Origin: an uncultured Verrucomicrobiota bacterium
GTDB taxonomy: Bacteria > Verrucomicrobiota > Verrucomicrobiia > Opitutales > Opitutaceae
Direction of reading: 5' to 3'
DNA length: 64,000 nucleotides
Assembly (NCBI GenBank): GCA_913058185.1
Contig: CAJXQX010000008.1
Location: 8,031-72,030, forward strand
Positions 9,177-18,190 of the stretch are shown here, piece by piece. Position numbers and translations under genes: made by a program. The notes beneath the pieces are model-generated. The model was not told where the DNA came from, searched no databases, and saw nothing but the letters and a program-made list of their open reading frames with translations. Each line of letters starts with the position of its first letter. Position 1 is the first letter of the stretch.

Positions 9177-11015
9177 ATGTTAAGCCGATTCCTATATATC
9201 TTCGCCGCCCTCGCTAGCTTTACCACCGCCGCGACCACGCGCGAACCCATCCGATTCACCCTCAGTTTTCTCGACGCCGCGGCCCACTACGTCGATGTTG
9301 AAGCCCGCATTCCGACCGAGGGGAAAGACGCGCTGACCGTATTCATGTCGGTCTGGACTCCCGGTAGCTACCTCGTGCGCGAGTACGCCCGCAACATCAC
9401 GCGACTCGAGGCTTTTTCCACTCAAGGCGACTCACTGCCCATCGCGAAAACGACCAAAAATCGCTGGCAGATCGAAAGCGGTCACCAATCCCACGTCATT
9501 GTGCGCTACCGGCTCTATGGCCGTGAGATCAACGTGCGTAACAACTGGATTGAAACCGATTTCGCCATGATCAACGGGGCCCCGACCTTCATCTCCGTGG
9601 TCGATGATCATCAACGCCCCTACGTGGTCGTGGTTGATCGCCCTTCGAACTGGGCGACCACTCATTCCGCCCTGATTGCGGGCGAGCATCCCGATGAATT
9701 CACCGCCTCTGATTTTGAGACGTTAGTGGATAGCCCCATCCTCGTAGGTAATCCGGAAATCGACACCTTCGACGTGAGCGGCGTGCCCCACTCGCTGGTC
9801 ACGATCGATGGCGGCGGGGTGTGGGACAACGGCCGCGCCGCGCATCATCTGAAACTTGTCATCGAAGCCCAGCGCGACTTCTGGGGGCACCTCCCTCTCG
9901 ATCGTCCCTACACCGTTTTCAACCTCCTCACCGGATCCCGCGGCGGCCTCGAGCATCGCAATTCATTCACGATCACCGCCGATCGCTGGCTCGGTCGCAC
10001 CCACGGTGGCATCACCTCCTGGCTCTCGTTGGCCAGCCACGAGTATTTTCACACTTGGAATGGCAAACGCCTCCGTCCTGTCGAACTCGGCCCCTTCGAA
10101 TACGAACACGAAAACCACACCAAATCCCTCTGGATTGTCGAAGGCATCACCAGCTACTACCAACACGTCATCCTCACCCGCGCCGGCTTTTATACGCCCG
10201 ACCGCTATCTGGGCGCCGTCAGCGGCTCGATCGCCGGAACCCAACGCACCCCAGGCCGCCTCGTGCAGGCCTTTTCCGAATCATCCTTCGACGCTTGGAT
10301 CAAAGCCTACCGCTCCGACGAAAACTCCGTGAACACCCGGTTCAGCTACTACGGCGGTGGAGCCGTGGCCGGGTTCCTGATCGATGCTAAAATCCAAATG
10401 GTCAGCGATGGTGCCGTCTCACTCGACGATGTCATGCGCGCCGCCTACGACCGCTACAGTGGTCTCAGTGGCTACACTCAAGCCGAGTTCATAACCCTCG
10501 CAGGTGAAGTGGCGGGCCATGATCTGACCGCGTGGTTCGATGCGCTCGTAAACCAATCCGGTGAGTTCGACTACCAGCCTGCCCTCGATTGGTATGGCCT
10601 GGAATTCGAACAACCCAAACCACCCGCCATTCCAGAACCCGGCTCACCGGCCGCGTCCGACCCACCCGATCCCGCCAAAGGCTGGCTCGGTGCCGTAACC
10701 ACGGATAAAAGCGGCCGCCTCACCATTACGCAGGTGCGTTCCGACACCCCGGCAGCCGAGGCTCAACTCAGCGTCGACGACGAAATTCTGGCCGTGAACG
10801 GTCTACGCGTCAGTCAGAGTCAACTGGCCCGCCGCCTCGAACTCTATGGCGCCGAAAACACCGTTGATTTACTCATTTCCCGCCGCGATCAAATCATGAC
10901 GCTCCCTGTCACCCTCGGCCTAAAACCCGAGGCAACGTGGCGCCTCAAAATCTTGTCCGACGCTTCCGACGAACAAAAAGCCCGCGTCACCAAATGGCTG
11001 CACACCCGCCCGTAG
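9177..11015 (+). CDS. M61 family metallopeptidase with C-terminal PDZ domain
   Basis: Signal peptide, HEYFHTWNGKRLRP zinc motif, and a PDZ-like GWLGAVTTDKSGRLTITQVRSDTPAAEAQLSVDDEILAVNG. Confidence 0.85.
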   Translation: MLSRFLYIFAALASFTTAATTREPIRFTLSFLDAAAHYVDVEARIPTEGKDALTVFMSVWTPGSYLVREYARNITRLEAFSTQGDSLPIAKTTKNRWQIESGHQSHVIVRYRLYGREINVRNNWIETDFAMINGAPTFISVVDDHQRPYVVVVDRPSNWATTHSALIAGEHPDEFTASDFETLVDSPILVGNPEIDTFDVSGVPHSLVTIDGGGVWDNGRAAHHLKLVIEAQRDFWGHLPLDRPYTVFNLLTGSRGGLEHRNSFTITADRWLGRTHGGITSWLSLASHEYFHTWNGKRLRPVELGPFEYEHENHTKSLWIVEGITSYYQHVILTRAGFYTPDRYLGAVSGSIAGTQRTPGRLVQAFSESSFDAWIKAYRSDENSVNTRFSYYGGGAVAGFLIDAKIQMVSDGAVSLDDVMRAAYDRYSGLSGYTQAEFITLAGEVAGHDLTAWFDALVNQSGEFDYQPALDWYGLEFEQPKPPAIPEPGSPAASDPPDPAKGWLGAVTTDKSGRLTITQVRSDTPAAEAQLSVDDEILAVNGLRVSQSQLARRLELYGAENTVDLLISRRDQIMTLPVTLGLKPEATWRLKILSDASDEQKARVTKWLHTRP

Positions 11016-11080
11016 GGTAACGAAGACAACTAAGGGCTAGGGCGGACAGAGAAAATAGAGCCACACTACCGCTATTGATT

Positions 11081-11166
11081 GCCGCAAAAAGGCGCAAAAC
11101 CGGACCAACGCGATGAGCCTATAGGTTCACTTAAAATTCAAGATGCAGGCCTGTGCTTTTTGTGCC
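11081..11166. repeat. REP-like palindromic intergenic element, copy B
   Basis: GCCGCAAAAAGGCGCAAAAC...GAGCCTATAGGTTCAC...CTGTGCTTTTTGTGCC. Sequence is confirmed by track ORF 11079..11360. Lies between convergent genes. Confidence 0.7.
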
Positions 11167-11263
11167 TCTTGGTGAACTCGGTGTCTTCCTCCGTGCCCTC
11201 TCCGCTTCACTGCGGTCCTGTCCGCCATAGTCCCGCTCTGTGGGACGGAAGCGGAAGCCATTC

Positions 11264-12268
11264 TCAGCTAAGCTTGCTTACCGTATCGGTCCAGTTTTCC
11301 AAAACATCCGCCGGTTCGCGATCCGGGAACGTCCGGGCCACCACGGCCAGTAAATCCTGATTTTCAGGGAAAAGATCCAACAATGCGGTTCTGAGCTGAA
11401 TCGCAGGGTCATCCATTCCCGCGACCTCATCCCAGATCATATTGCCACTAATGGTTCGCGTGAGGGATTCGATAATCAACTCACCGAGCGGGCCGAATCG
11501 CTCAACCGCCAATTCGTGGATCTCACCAACCAAAAACTCTTCGTCTATTTCATGTTCCATTTCCTTGAGAACCCGCGCCATCCGATGGGCACTCCCGGTT
11601 TTCAGGAACTCAAGTAATCGGGTTTCGAAACCATCCGGGTTCGCCGCGTGAAACGCGCTCAACACTTCGGCTTGGCGCACATGGCTTTGGGAATCCTGGT
11701 AGGCGTTTACGCCCAATCCGTTCATCGAGTAATCAAACTGCACCAATCCCCCTTTGTTGCGAATCACGAGGGTGAGCGATGGATTCCCCATATGCATCAC
11801 CGTGTGAATGAATGCCTCTTCCGGCAGAATGCGCGTGATACCGCCGGGGGTGATCAAACGGAGCGCGGTGGGTTCTAACGCTCCCACTTGAATCCCGGGA
11901 ACGGGTTCATGATCTCGATGATAGGCAAACTGCGCCTCAATCGAGTATCCGGCCAGAACCTGGTAAGCCCCGTAAAACCCATGACCGTGTATCGACGTGC
12001 GACCGTGAAACCAAAAAAGGACCTCAGCATAAAATCGCGGTTCCTCGTAAACCACCAACGGAGGTTCACCGAATCCACTGTGGAAATTGACCTGCTCCGG
12101 TAAACGCTCACGCCCCAATGCCCAATCCGCCATGAATTCGATCCCGACTTCGGCGGGAACCGGAAACGCCGCCAGCACTTCGGCGGCTAGTTCGGGGAAG
12201 TTCTCTCCCAATTCGCCTTCGCCACAGCGCGCAGAAAGTTTTTTACCGATTTCTTTAAAGTAATCCAT
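11264..12268 (-). CDS. Hypothetical protein, cysteine-dioxygenase-like cupin N-domain plus helical C-domain
   Basis: Start taken at MDYFKEIG (12268). Cupin motif-1-like FWFHGRTSIHGHGFYGAYQVLAGYSIEAQF, and a second His-containing block FIHTVMHMGN. The family assignment is tentative. Confidence 0.6.
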   Translation of the reverse strand: MDYFKEIGKKLSARCGEGELGENFPELAAEVLAAFPVPAEVGIEFMADWALGRERLPEQVNFHSGFGEPPLVVYEEPRFYAEVLFWFHGRTSIHGHGFYGAYQVLAGYSIEAQFAYHRDHEPVPGIQVGALEPTALRLITPGGITRILPEEAFIHTVMHMGNPSLTLVIRNKGGLVQFDYSMNGLGVNAYQDSQSHVRQAEVLSAFHAANPDGFETRLLEFLKTGSAHRMARVLKEMEHEIDEEFLVGEIHELAVERFGPLGELIIESLTRTISGNMIWDEVAGMDDPAIQLRTALLDLFPENQDLLAVVARTFPDREPADVLENWTDTVSKLS

Positions 12269-12506
12269 AACTGGGGACCATGTTCGTTCGATTGTTCCGC
12301 GATGCAATCTCCCGAAATCTATTCTGGAGAATTTCAGAAACACGGTTTCGTTCTAATCGACACCACCAAAGGGGGGAGCTCGATCACCTTCGAATGCATC
12401 GTTCGCGTGGAGCGATTCCCGGTGCCGAGCATCGTTGAAAACCGCCCGATGGAATTAGGCTTGGTCGCTAGCAGACGTGCGCCGGAGGGGGAGTCACGCA
12501 GACTTC

Positions 12507-12770
12507 TCATCCGGACTCTTCTACGGCGTCGTCAGTCGGTTTCGGTTTTGGGGATGATTTGGCGGAGATGAAGGCGCCCTGCTGCAACACGGCTGATTTG
12601 CTCAGGCGGAGCTGGTGGGCGAGTCGATTGAGGTGGTCCATCTCTGCGGGCAATAAGGAGGTCACCCGCGCCGTTCCATCGCGATCTACCCAACTTACGG
12701 GGTTGGGCCGCTGGCGGGCGAATTTGATCAGATCACGTAAAAAATCTTGGTCGGCGGCGGGCAGATTCAT
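12507..12770 (-). CDS. Ribbon-helix-helix (CopG/MetJ-like) DNA-binding protein
   Basis: Start at MNLPAAD (12770). RVTSLLPAEMDHLNRLAHQLRLSKSAVLQQ fits a strand-helix-turn-helix RHH pattern. The track extension MGPTNGDRG is encoded by the 56-nt repeat and is probably not translated. Confidence 0.55.
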   Translation of the reverse strand: MNLPAADQDFLRDLIKFARQRPNPVSWVDRDGTARVTSLLPAEMDHLNRLAHQLRLSKSAVLQQGAFISAKSSPKPKPTDDAVEESG

Positions 12771-12826
12771 GCCCCTATCCCCGTTCGTCGGTCCCACTTA
12801 GTCAGTCTCAATCGAATCTTTCTCCC
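12771..12826. repeat. 56-nt perfect direct repeat, copy 1
   Basis: GCCCCTATCCCCGTTCGTCGGTCCCACTTAGTCAGTCTCAATCGAATCTTTCTCCC, identical to 15125-15180. Abuts the RHH gene start codon. Confidence 0.85.
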
Positions 12827-13270
12827 CCGCAAGAGAGGTCGAATACGGGGCCAGGCTCTGAGGTCTGTGATTTAGCGGCGATCAATGGCGTCAGATCTTG
12901 TCTCTTGACCATTCTGATCACGGTGCGCTCCAAGGGGTTCACCTGCTATCCTCTTGTCTGAGTGACGGACGGCACGACATAACGGTGGTCAGTATTATCC
13001 GGGCGGTAATGCCGGGAAAAAGGAACTGGCAGCTAGAGTGCCGTCGAAGGCTCTGTTGTATAATATGGCGGAAGATCCTTATGACCGTGCGCACTAGCTA
13101 ACCCATATTTTCGATTGGAATGAAACGGAGCTGAAGGAACTCGATGAACAACACGGGGAAAGATCTGTTAAAGAAGATCAACAACGCCTAAATATCACCC
13201 AAACCACTGCTCCCCTCGTCTCTAATTTCGACTATACCTCCATAGTCACCCCAATCCGAAATTCCACCCC

Positions 13271-15034
13271 ATGTCTTTCCGCCACGTTTTCCTCATTCTC
13301 CTTTCGTCAGTATTTCCTCTACTGGCCACCGCCGAACGCCCCAACGTCATCGTCATTCTCACCGACGATCAGGGCTGGGGCGATCTCAGCATCCACGGCA
13401 ATACCAACATCAGCACGCCCAACATTGATCGGCTCGCCTCCCAAGGCATGGAGTTGGAACGATTCTACGTCAGCCCCATCTGCTCCCCCACCCGAGCGGA
13501 GTTCATGACCGGCCGCTACAATCCCCGCACCGGCGTCCGCTCGGCCAGTCGAGGTGAAGAGCGCATGGACCTCGACGAAACCACCGTCTTCCAATCCTTC
13601 CAATCCGCCGGTTACAATACCGCTGCATTCGGGAAATGGCATAACGGCATGCAACCGCCCTACCACCCCAACGCCCGGGGCATTGATGAATACTACGGAT
13701 TCTGCTCCGGCCATTGGGGGCACTACTACTCTCCCATGCTCGAATACAACGGCGAGATCGTCACCGGCGAAGGTTTCATCATAGACGATTTCACCAACCG
13801 CGCCATGGACTACATCGAGGAAAAGCAGGACGAACCCTTCTTTGTTTATCTCCCCTATTGCACCCCCCACTCCCCCATGCAGGTTTCCGATGAATGGTGG
13901 ACCAAATTCGAAGACAACGACCTGTCACTTCGGGCCCGGTCTGATCAAAAAGAAAACCTCCCCCACTCCCAGGCCGCTCTCGCCATGTGCGAGAACATCG
14001 ACTGGAACGTTGGTCGCCTGATGAAGAAACTAGACGATCTCGATTTGGCCGAAAATACCATCGTGATCTACTTCTCCGACAACGGTCCCAACGGCTACCG
14101 TTGGAACGGAGACATGAAAGGCCGCAAAGGAAGTGTCGAGGAAGGCGGAGTACGTTCTCCCTTCTTCATTCGCTGGCCGGGTCAAATCGAATCAGGCTCA
14201 AAAATCGACACCATCGCCGGCGCCATCGATCTGAAATCAACCCTCACTGATCTCGCCGGTATCCAGAGCACGGGCACACTGCCGATCGACGGTGTCAGTC
14301 TGAAACCGCTGCTCCTGCAAACCGGTGAAATCTGGCCGGACCGCAATTACATCAATCACTTCAAAGGCAAAACCAGTGTGCGCAGCCAACGCTTCCGCCT
14401 GGATTTCCAAGGTGGCTTGTTCGACATGCACGCTGATCCCGGTCAGCGAACCGATGTTCGCCAAAAACATCCCGAAATTTACCAGGAACTTCGGAGTGCC
14501 CAACAGCACTTTGATCGCACCGTGGTTTCAGAGTTACCCGACACCGAAACCGACGAACGCCCCTTCCTTATTGGTCACCAGGACTTTGATTTCACGCAGG
14601 TTCCGGCCCGGGACGCCAATGCTTCCGGCGAGATTCAACGTTCCAACCGAGCGCCCAATTGCTCGTATTTCACCAATTGGGTGAACGAGGATGACACCAT
14701 CACTTGGGAAGCGGAAGTGCTCGAAGAAGGAAACTACCAAGTGCAGGTTTACTACACCTGCCCCGAAGCGGATCTCGGATCCGTTCTCGAGCTTAGTTTC
14801 GGTGAAAGCAAAATCACGAAAAAGGTGACCGTGGCCAACGATCCTCCTTTGGTCGGCCCCACCTTTGACCGCTCTGACCGCGGCTCCGAATCGTTCGTGA
14901 AAGATTTCAAACCCATGAACCTTGGGGTGATGCATCTCAAACCCGGCCAACACACGCTTACTCTAGCTGCCCTGGAGAAACCGGGCAATCAAGTCATCGA
15001 AATGCGCCTCCTCATGTTCAATCGAGTCAATTAG
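13271..15034 (+). CDS. Exported S1-family sulfatase with C-terminal beta-sandwich (CBM-like) module
   Basis: Signal peptide, PNVIVILTDDQGWGD, CSPTRAEFMTGRY, GKWH, FSDNGP and KGSVEEGGVRSP. There is an extra module of about 150 aa after residue 430 or so. Confidence 0.9.
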   Translation: MSFRHVFLILLSSVFPLLATAERPNVIVILTDDQGWGDLSIHGNTNISTPNIDRLASQGMELERFYVSPICSPTRAEFMTGRYNPRTGVRSASRGEERMDLDETTVFQSFQSAGYNTAAFGKWHNGMQPPYHPNARGIDEYYGFCSGHWGHYYSPMLEYNGEIVTGEGFIIDDFTNRAMDYIEEKQDEPFFVYLPYCTPHSPMQVSDEWWTKFEDNDLSLRARSDQKENLPHSQAALAMCENIDWNVGRLMKKLDDLDLAENTIVIYFSDNGPNGYRWNGDMKGRKGSVEEGGVRSPFFIRWPGQIESGSKIDTIAGAIDLKSTLTDLAGIQSTGTLPIDGVSLKPLLLQTGEIWPDRNYINHFKGKTSVRSQRFRLDFQGGLFDMHADPGQRTDVRQKHPEIYQELRSAQQHFDRTVVSELPDTETDERPFLIGHQDFDFTQVPARDANASGEIQRSNRAPNCSYFTNWVNEDDTITWEAEVLEEGNYQVQVYYTCPEADLGSVLELSFGESKITKKVTVANDPPLVGPTFDRSDRGSESFVKDFKPMNLGVMHLKPGQHTLTLAALEKPGNQVIEMRLLMFNRVN

Positions 15035-15124
15035 CGGTAAAGAATCGAAACGGGACATTGCTTGATTCTTAACGAAGCCCCGTGCGGATAGAGTGGCAGG
15101 GGGCGGTCAAGATTCGAACAAGAC

Positions 15125-15180
15125 GCCCCTATCCCCGTTCGTCGGTCCCACTTAGTCAGTCTCAATCGAATCTTTCTCCC
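15125..15180. repeat. 56-nt perfect direct repeat, copy 2
   Basis: Identical to 12771-12826. The right part is confirmed by track ORF 15162..15383. Confidence 0.85.
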
Positions 15181-15362
15181 ACGAGAACCGCAGGGATCAA
15201 ACGCTCGATATCGACACTCCCAACGCTTTCTTGGGCGGTAAAAGAACCCGTCCCATGACCCTGGCCTGGGGTCTTTATATGCGGGTCCCTTTTCTCTGAT
15301 CTAGATCGTTCGGCATCAGGAATTCCCCTCCCAAATGAGCTGTCGAAGACTATGGTTAAAAA

Positions 15363-15779
15363 ATGAGCGAAAATCTGAAACAAGCTAAATTATTCTTCGA
15401 CGTATGCGAAACGGGCAAAGGGTGGGCTGAGTGCGAGAAGTTCTGCCATCCCGAGGCAACATTCTCCGCGCAGTCGGGGGCACTCGCAGAAATTCATCCC
15501 CTTGAGGGATACACTGAATGGATGAAGGGGCTACTTACACCTATACCTGATGGACGTTACGAAGTGCGCTTCTTTGCCGAGGATACCGAGCGCGCGTGTG
15601 TCGCGGCCTACGCGGTGTTTCACGGAACTCAAACGGGGCCAGGTGGCCCCGTCGCTCCCACAGGCAAGACGATCTCAGCCGACTACGTATACGCGATGAC
15701 GTTCGAGAATGGGCGCATTCGTCACATGACAAAGACCTGGAACGATACGGTCAGCCTTCAGCAGCTCGGGTGGGCATGA
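15363..15779 (+). CDS. SnoaL-like (ester cyclase / NTF2-fold) protein
   Basis: 138 aa. Pattern ...TEWMKGLLTPIPDGRYEVRFFAEDTERACVAAYAVFHGTQTG...ENGRIRHM is typical of SnoaL-like polyketide-cyclase-fold proteins. Confidence 0.7.
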   Translation: MSENLKQAKLFFDVCETGKGWAECEKFCHPEATFSAQSGALAEIHPLEGYTEWMKGLLTPIPDGRYEVRFFAEDTERACVAAYAVFHGTQTGPGGPVAPTGKTISADYVYAMTFENGRIRHMTKTWNDTVSLQQLGWA

Positions 15780-15852
15780 TCCATGGGTTGTTTGCACACT
15801 TTGGAAAGCAGCTGAAAGGATCAGGGCTTACCGCCCTTGGAGCACTCAGATG

Positions 15853-16569
15853 CTACTCGATCACTTGGTAGACCGGAGGTGCTTTTGCGGGTTGGTTCCT
15901 CGCGTCCACCTCGATTTTGATGTTGTATTGGGTAGCGAGGATATCGCGCAGTCGGGCCGCATCATACAGCTCTCCTTGGAAGGCGGTCGTAGGAATCCCA
16001 TGGTGGCAACGGATCCGTATGGTCAGTTCCGGAATGGCGACGGGAACGGGTGTCGACGATGTAATCGTTCCGGAGCGGGAACCCATTCCGCCCATGCCAC
16101 CGCCGGTCGAGCCCAGTCCAATTCCACTCGAGGGCGAACCACCGATGCTCACCCCGCCCGTAGGCGAACCACCGAGGCTAATCCCTCCCGTGGGCGAGCC
16201 GCCGATCGTCGTGCCCCCGGTGGACATCCCCCCACCACCGATGGGGGAAGTCGTGGATTTCATTACCCATTTGGTCTTAACATTCGCAAAATTGTCCTCC
16301 ACCACGAAGTGGGTGAATCTATACTTCAGAGCGATCTCTGCCGCCCGCAACAGGGTCAAGTCTTGCATCCGAGCGGAGGCTTGTCCTCCGGACGTATTCG
16401 ACAGGTAGGTGATCTCAAATTGGTCATTGCCGATGGGAACCGATTTGTAGCCTCCCCGGCTCCCCACTTCGCCGTAAGGCACTCCACAACCCACAAAGGT
16501 TAATAGGAATAAGTTGGAGAGGATGAGGAAAGTAAGACGACGAACCATGGGAGGAAAGAAACGGGGCAC
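15853..16569 (-). CDS. Lipoprotein with internal Gly-rich decapeptide repeats
   Basis: Lipobox LTFVGC (Cys28). Repeats GGSPTGGISL / GGSPTGGVSI / GGSPSSGIGL are encoded by about 30-nt tandem units within 16072-16239. The N-domain resembles CC0125/CC1285-type lipoproteins (tentative). Confidence 0.7.
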   Translation of the reverse strand: MPRFFPPMVRRLTFLILSNLFLLTFVGCGVPYGEVGSRGGYKSVPIGNDQFEITYLSNTSGGQASARMQDLTLLRAAEIALKYRFTHFVVEDNFANVKTKWVMKSTTSPIGGGGMSTGGTTIGGSPTGGISLGGSPTGGVSIGGSPSSGIGLGSTGGGMGGMGSRSGTITSSTPVPVAIPELTIRIRCHHGIPTTAFQGELYDAARLRDILATQYNIKIEVDARNQPAKAPPVYQVIE

Positions 16570-16766
16570 GTTTCGACAAGGGTTGAGAGCAGAACATGAA
16601 CTCTGACACCCTCTTAGGCAAAGGGTTTCCTGCTGGGGGACAAAGGGGGCGGCACCGGTCTTTCATGCGGGGTAAATACCGGACGGAGAGAAGCCCATTC
16701 CGTCGTGATTTTTGGCAGAAATTCGCGCTACCAAAAGGCTAACCCACTACTCACTCCTCCGTTAGG

Positions 16767-16857
16767 TTTTAACCACAGATTACACAGATCCACGCCACCG
16801 GCGGATCGAAATCTATTTCTTAGAATCTGAGAATACCGGTGTAATCTGTGGTTAAAA
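16767..16857. repeat. 19-bp perfect inverted repeat (stem-loop element)
   Basis: TTTTAACCACAGATTACAC (16767-16785) is the exact reverse complement of 16839-16857, with a 53-nt spacer. Confidence 0.7.
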
Positions 16858-17027
16858 TTTTCTACTTCTCCACCGCAGATTTTTAGCCACTCCGCCCTCT
16901 GCTCCGTTTTCTTCGTTACCTCCCGTAAAAAAACTCTGCCTCATACTTTCGTGTTATTCGTGTATTTCGTGGTTACCCTCTATCCATTCATGAACGAATT
17001 CCAATTCTTCGTCCACTCGGCCCTCAA

Positions 17028-17735
17028 ATGAGCAGTCCCCTCGCACAAAAATCCACCACTCCCGTGACCCAGGAAGTCCGCCCCTTTGCCAAACCGCGCC
17101 ACGTCCTCGACCCAGCCGGCACGATCCTCGCCGTGCCCGCCGACTGGGAACTCCTCCCGCCGGGTGATGCTGCGCTGAGTCGCCGCATCAAAACCGAAGG
17201 CCCCACTTGGACCGTGATCGAAAAGAAGGGCAACAAACGCTTCTCACGCGGTATCTGGGCTCCCGCCCTTTGTATCAACGCTCTGCGCGCCGACCTCGCG
17301 CTCGAACGGGCTGATCCTAGTTACCAAAGGAAACTCGATGCGGGCCGTCAACGCCGAGCCAAAGCGGAAGTAACTTACACCGCCGAATTCCGCGCTGCGA
17401 TCCTCACCTACCTCGCGTTTCACCCCCGCTACCAACTCGCTGCCGGCGCTATGGCTGATCGTATCACAGCGCACGCCACCCCGGTCGGGAGCGGCACCGT
17501 GGCCCGCACCCAACGCATCCCCATCGAGCAACGCGCCGAAGCCGCCACCATCGCATGGATGCGTCACCAGACCACCGGCTACGACAACATGGCGATTGCC
17601 CGGATCAAAGGCCAGCGCCGCGAAGTCCGCCGCCAACTCGCCCAACGCTCCAAAGCACTCCTCACCCACTACCGCACCGGTTCGCCCATAAATCCCACCA
17701 CCTGCCCCCTCCAAATCGCGCTCACGGCGGCCTAG
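17028..17735 (+). CDS. DUF2293-like protein
   Basis: The C-terminal block AWMRHQTTGYDNMAIARIKGQRREVRRQL matches the RH-x-x-T-x-YD signature I associate with DUF2293. Confidence 0.55.
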   Translation: MSSPLAQKSTTPVTQEVRPFAKPRHVLDPAGTILAVPADWELLPPGDAALSRRIKTEGPTWTVIEKKGNKRFSRGIWAPALCINALRADLALERADPSYQRKLDAGRQRRAKAEVTYTAEFRAAILTYLAFHPRYQLAAGAMADRITAHATPVGSGTVARTQRIPIEQRAEAATIAWMRHQTTGYDNMAIARIKGQRREVRRQLAQRSKALLTHYRTGSPINPTTCPLQIALTAA

Positions 17736-17824
17736 GAATATCTGCTGCCGGCTCTTACGATTCCTGATCCGAGCCCAACATCCAATCGTCGGACTCGGGA
17801 TCAAAGGGCACTCGGTTACGAGTT

Positions 17825-18190
17825 TTAGCCCCGCCGCACTTCGAGAGGCAACACGACGCTGGATTCAACCGCAACACCATCGCGGGTCGCCGGGTCAAAT
17901 TTCCACTGGGAGACCGCTCTAACAATCTGATTAATCAGCACGGCCTCCATTGAATTAATCACTTGGACATCGTGGAGCTGGCCATCGGAATCAACTTTCA
18001 GGCGAACCTTGATGAGACGCCCAGCATGACGATCGGAAATTTCCGGAGTGACGATTTCAGTGGGTAGAGGTGGCACCAAGTTTTCGGCTTCGATGTTCGG
18101 AGGAACTGGGTTCGAGGAGGCGAGAACGGAGGTGGCGAAGAGGGCCGTGCTCAACAGAGCGATAGAGATATTTTTGATGGACTGTTTCAT
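17825..18190 (-). CDS. Exported TonB C-terminal-domain protein
   Basis: Start at MKQSIKN (18190) with a signal peptide. The C-terminus VKVRLKVDSDGQLHDVQVINS...AVSQWKFDPATRDGVAV resembles the TonB_C fold. Confidence 0.55.
   Translation of the reverse strand: MKQSIKNISIALLSTALFATSVLASSNPVPPNIEAENLVPPLPTEIVTPEISDRHAGRLIKVRLKVDSDGQLHDVQVINSMEAVLINQIVRAVSQWKFDPATRDGVAVESSVVLPLEVRRG

Noticed and set aside
12975-13098. Possible relic of a sulfatase C-terminus (…KALLYNMAEDPYDRAH, then a stop) in the leader of the repeat-flanked sulfatase.
   Set aside because: Only about 38 open codons, and the resemblance to the usual LY-x-L-x-x-DP-x-E motif is short. It cannot be distinguished from chance without a search.
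12771-15180. Whether the 56-nt direct repeats are transposon target-site duplications or an integron cassette.
   Set aside because: 56 nt is far longer than a typical target-site duplication. I saw no terminal inverted repeats, transposase, integrase or attC-like structure. The repeats are kept as a finding, but not called a mobile element.
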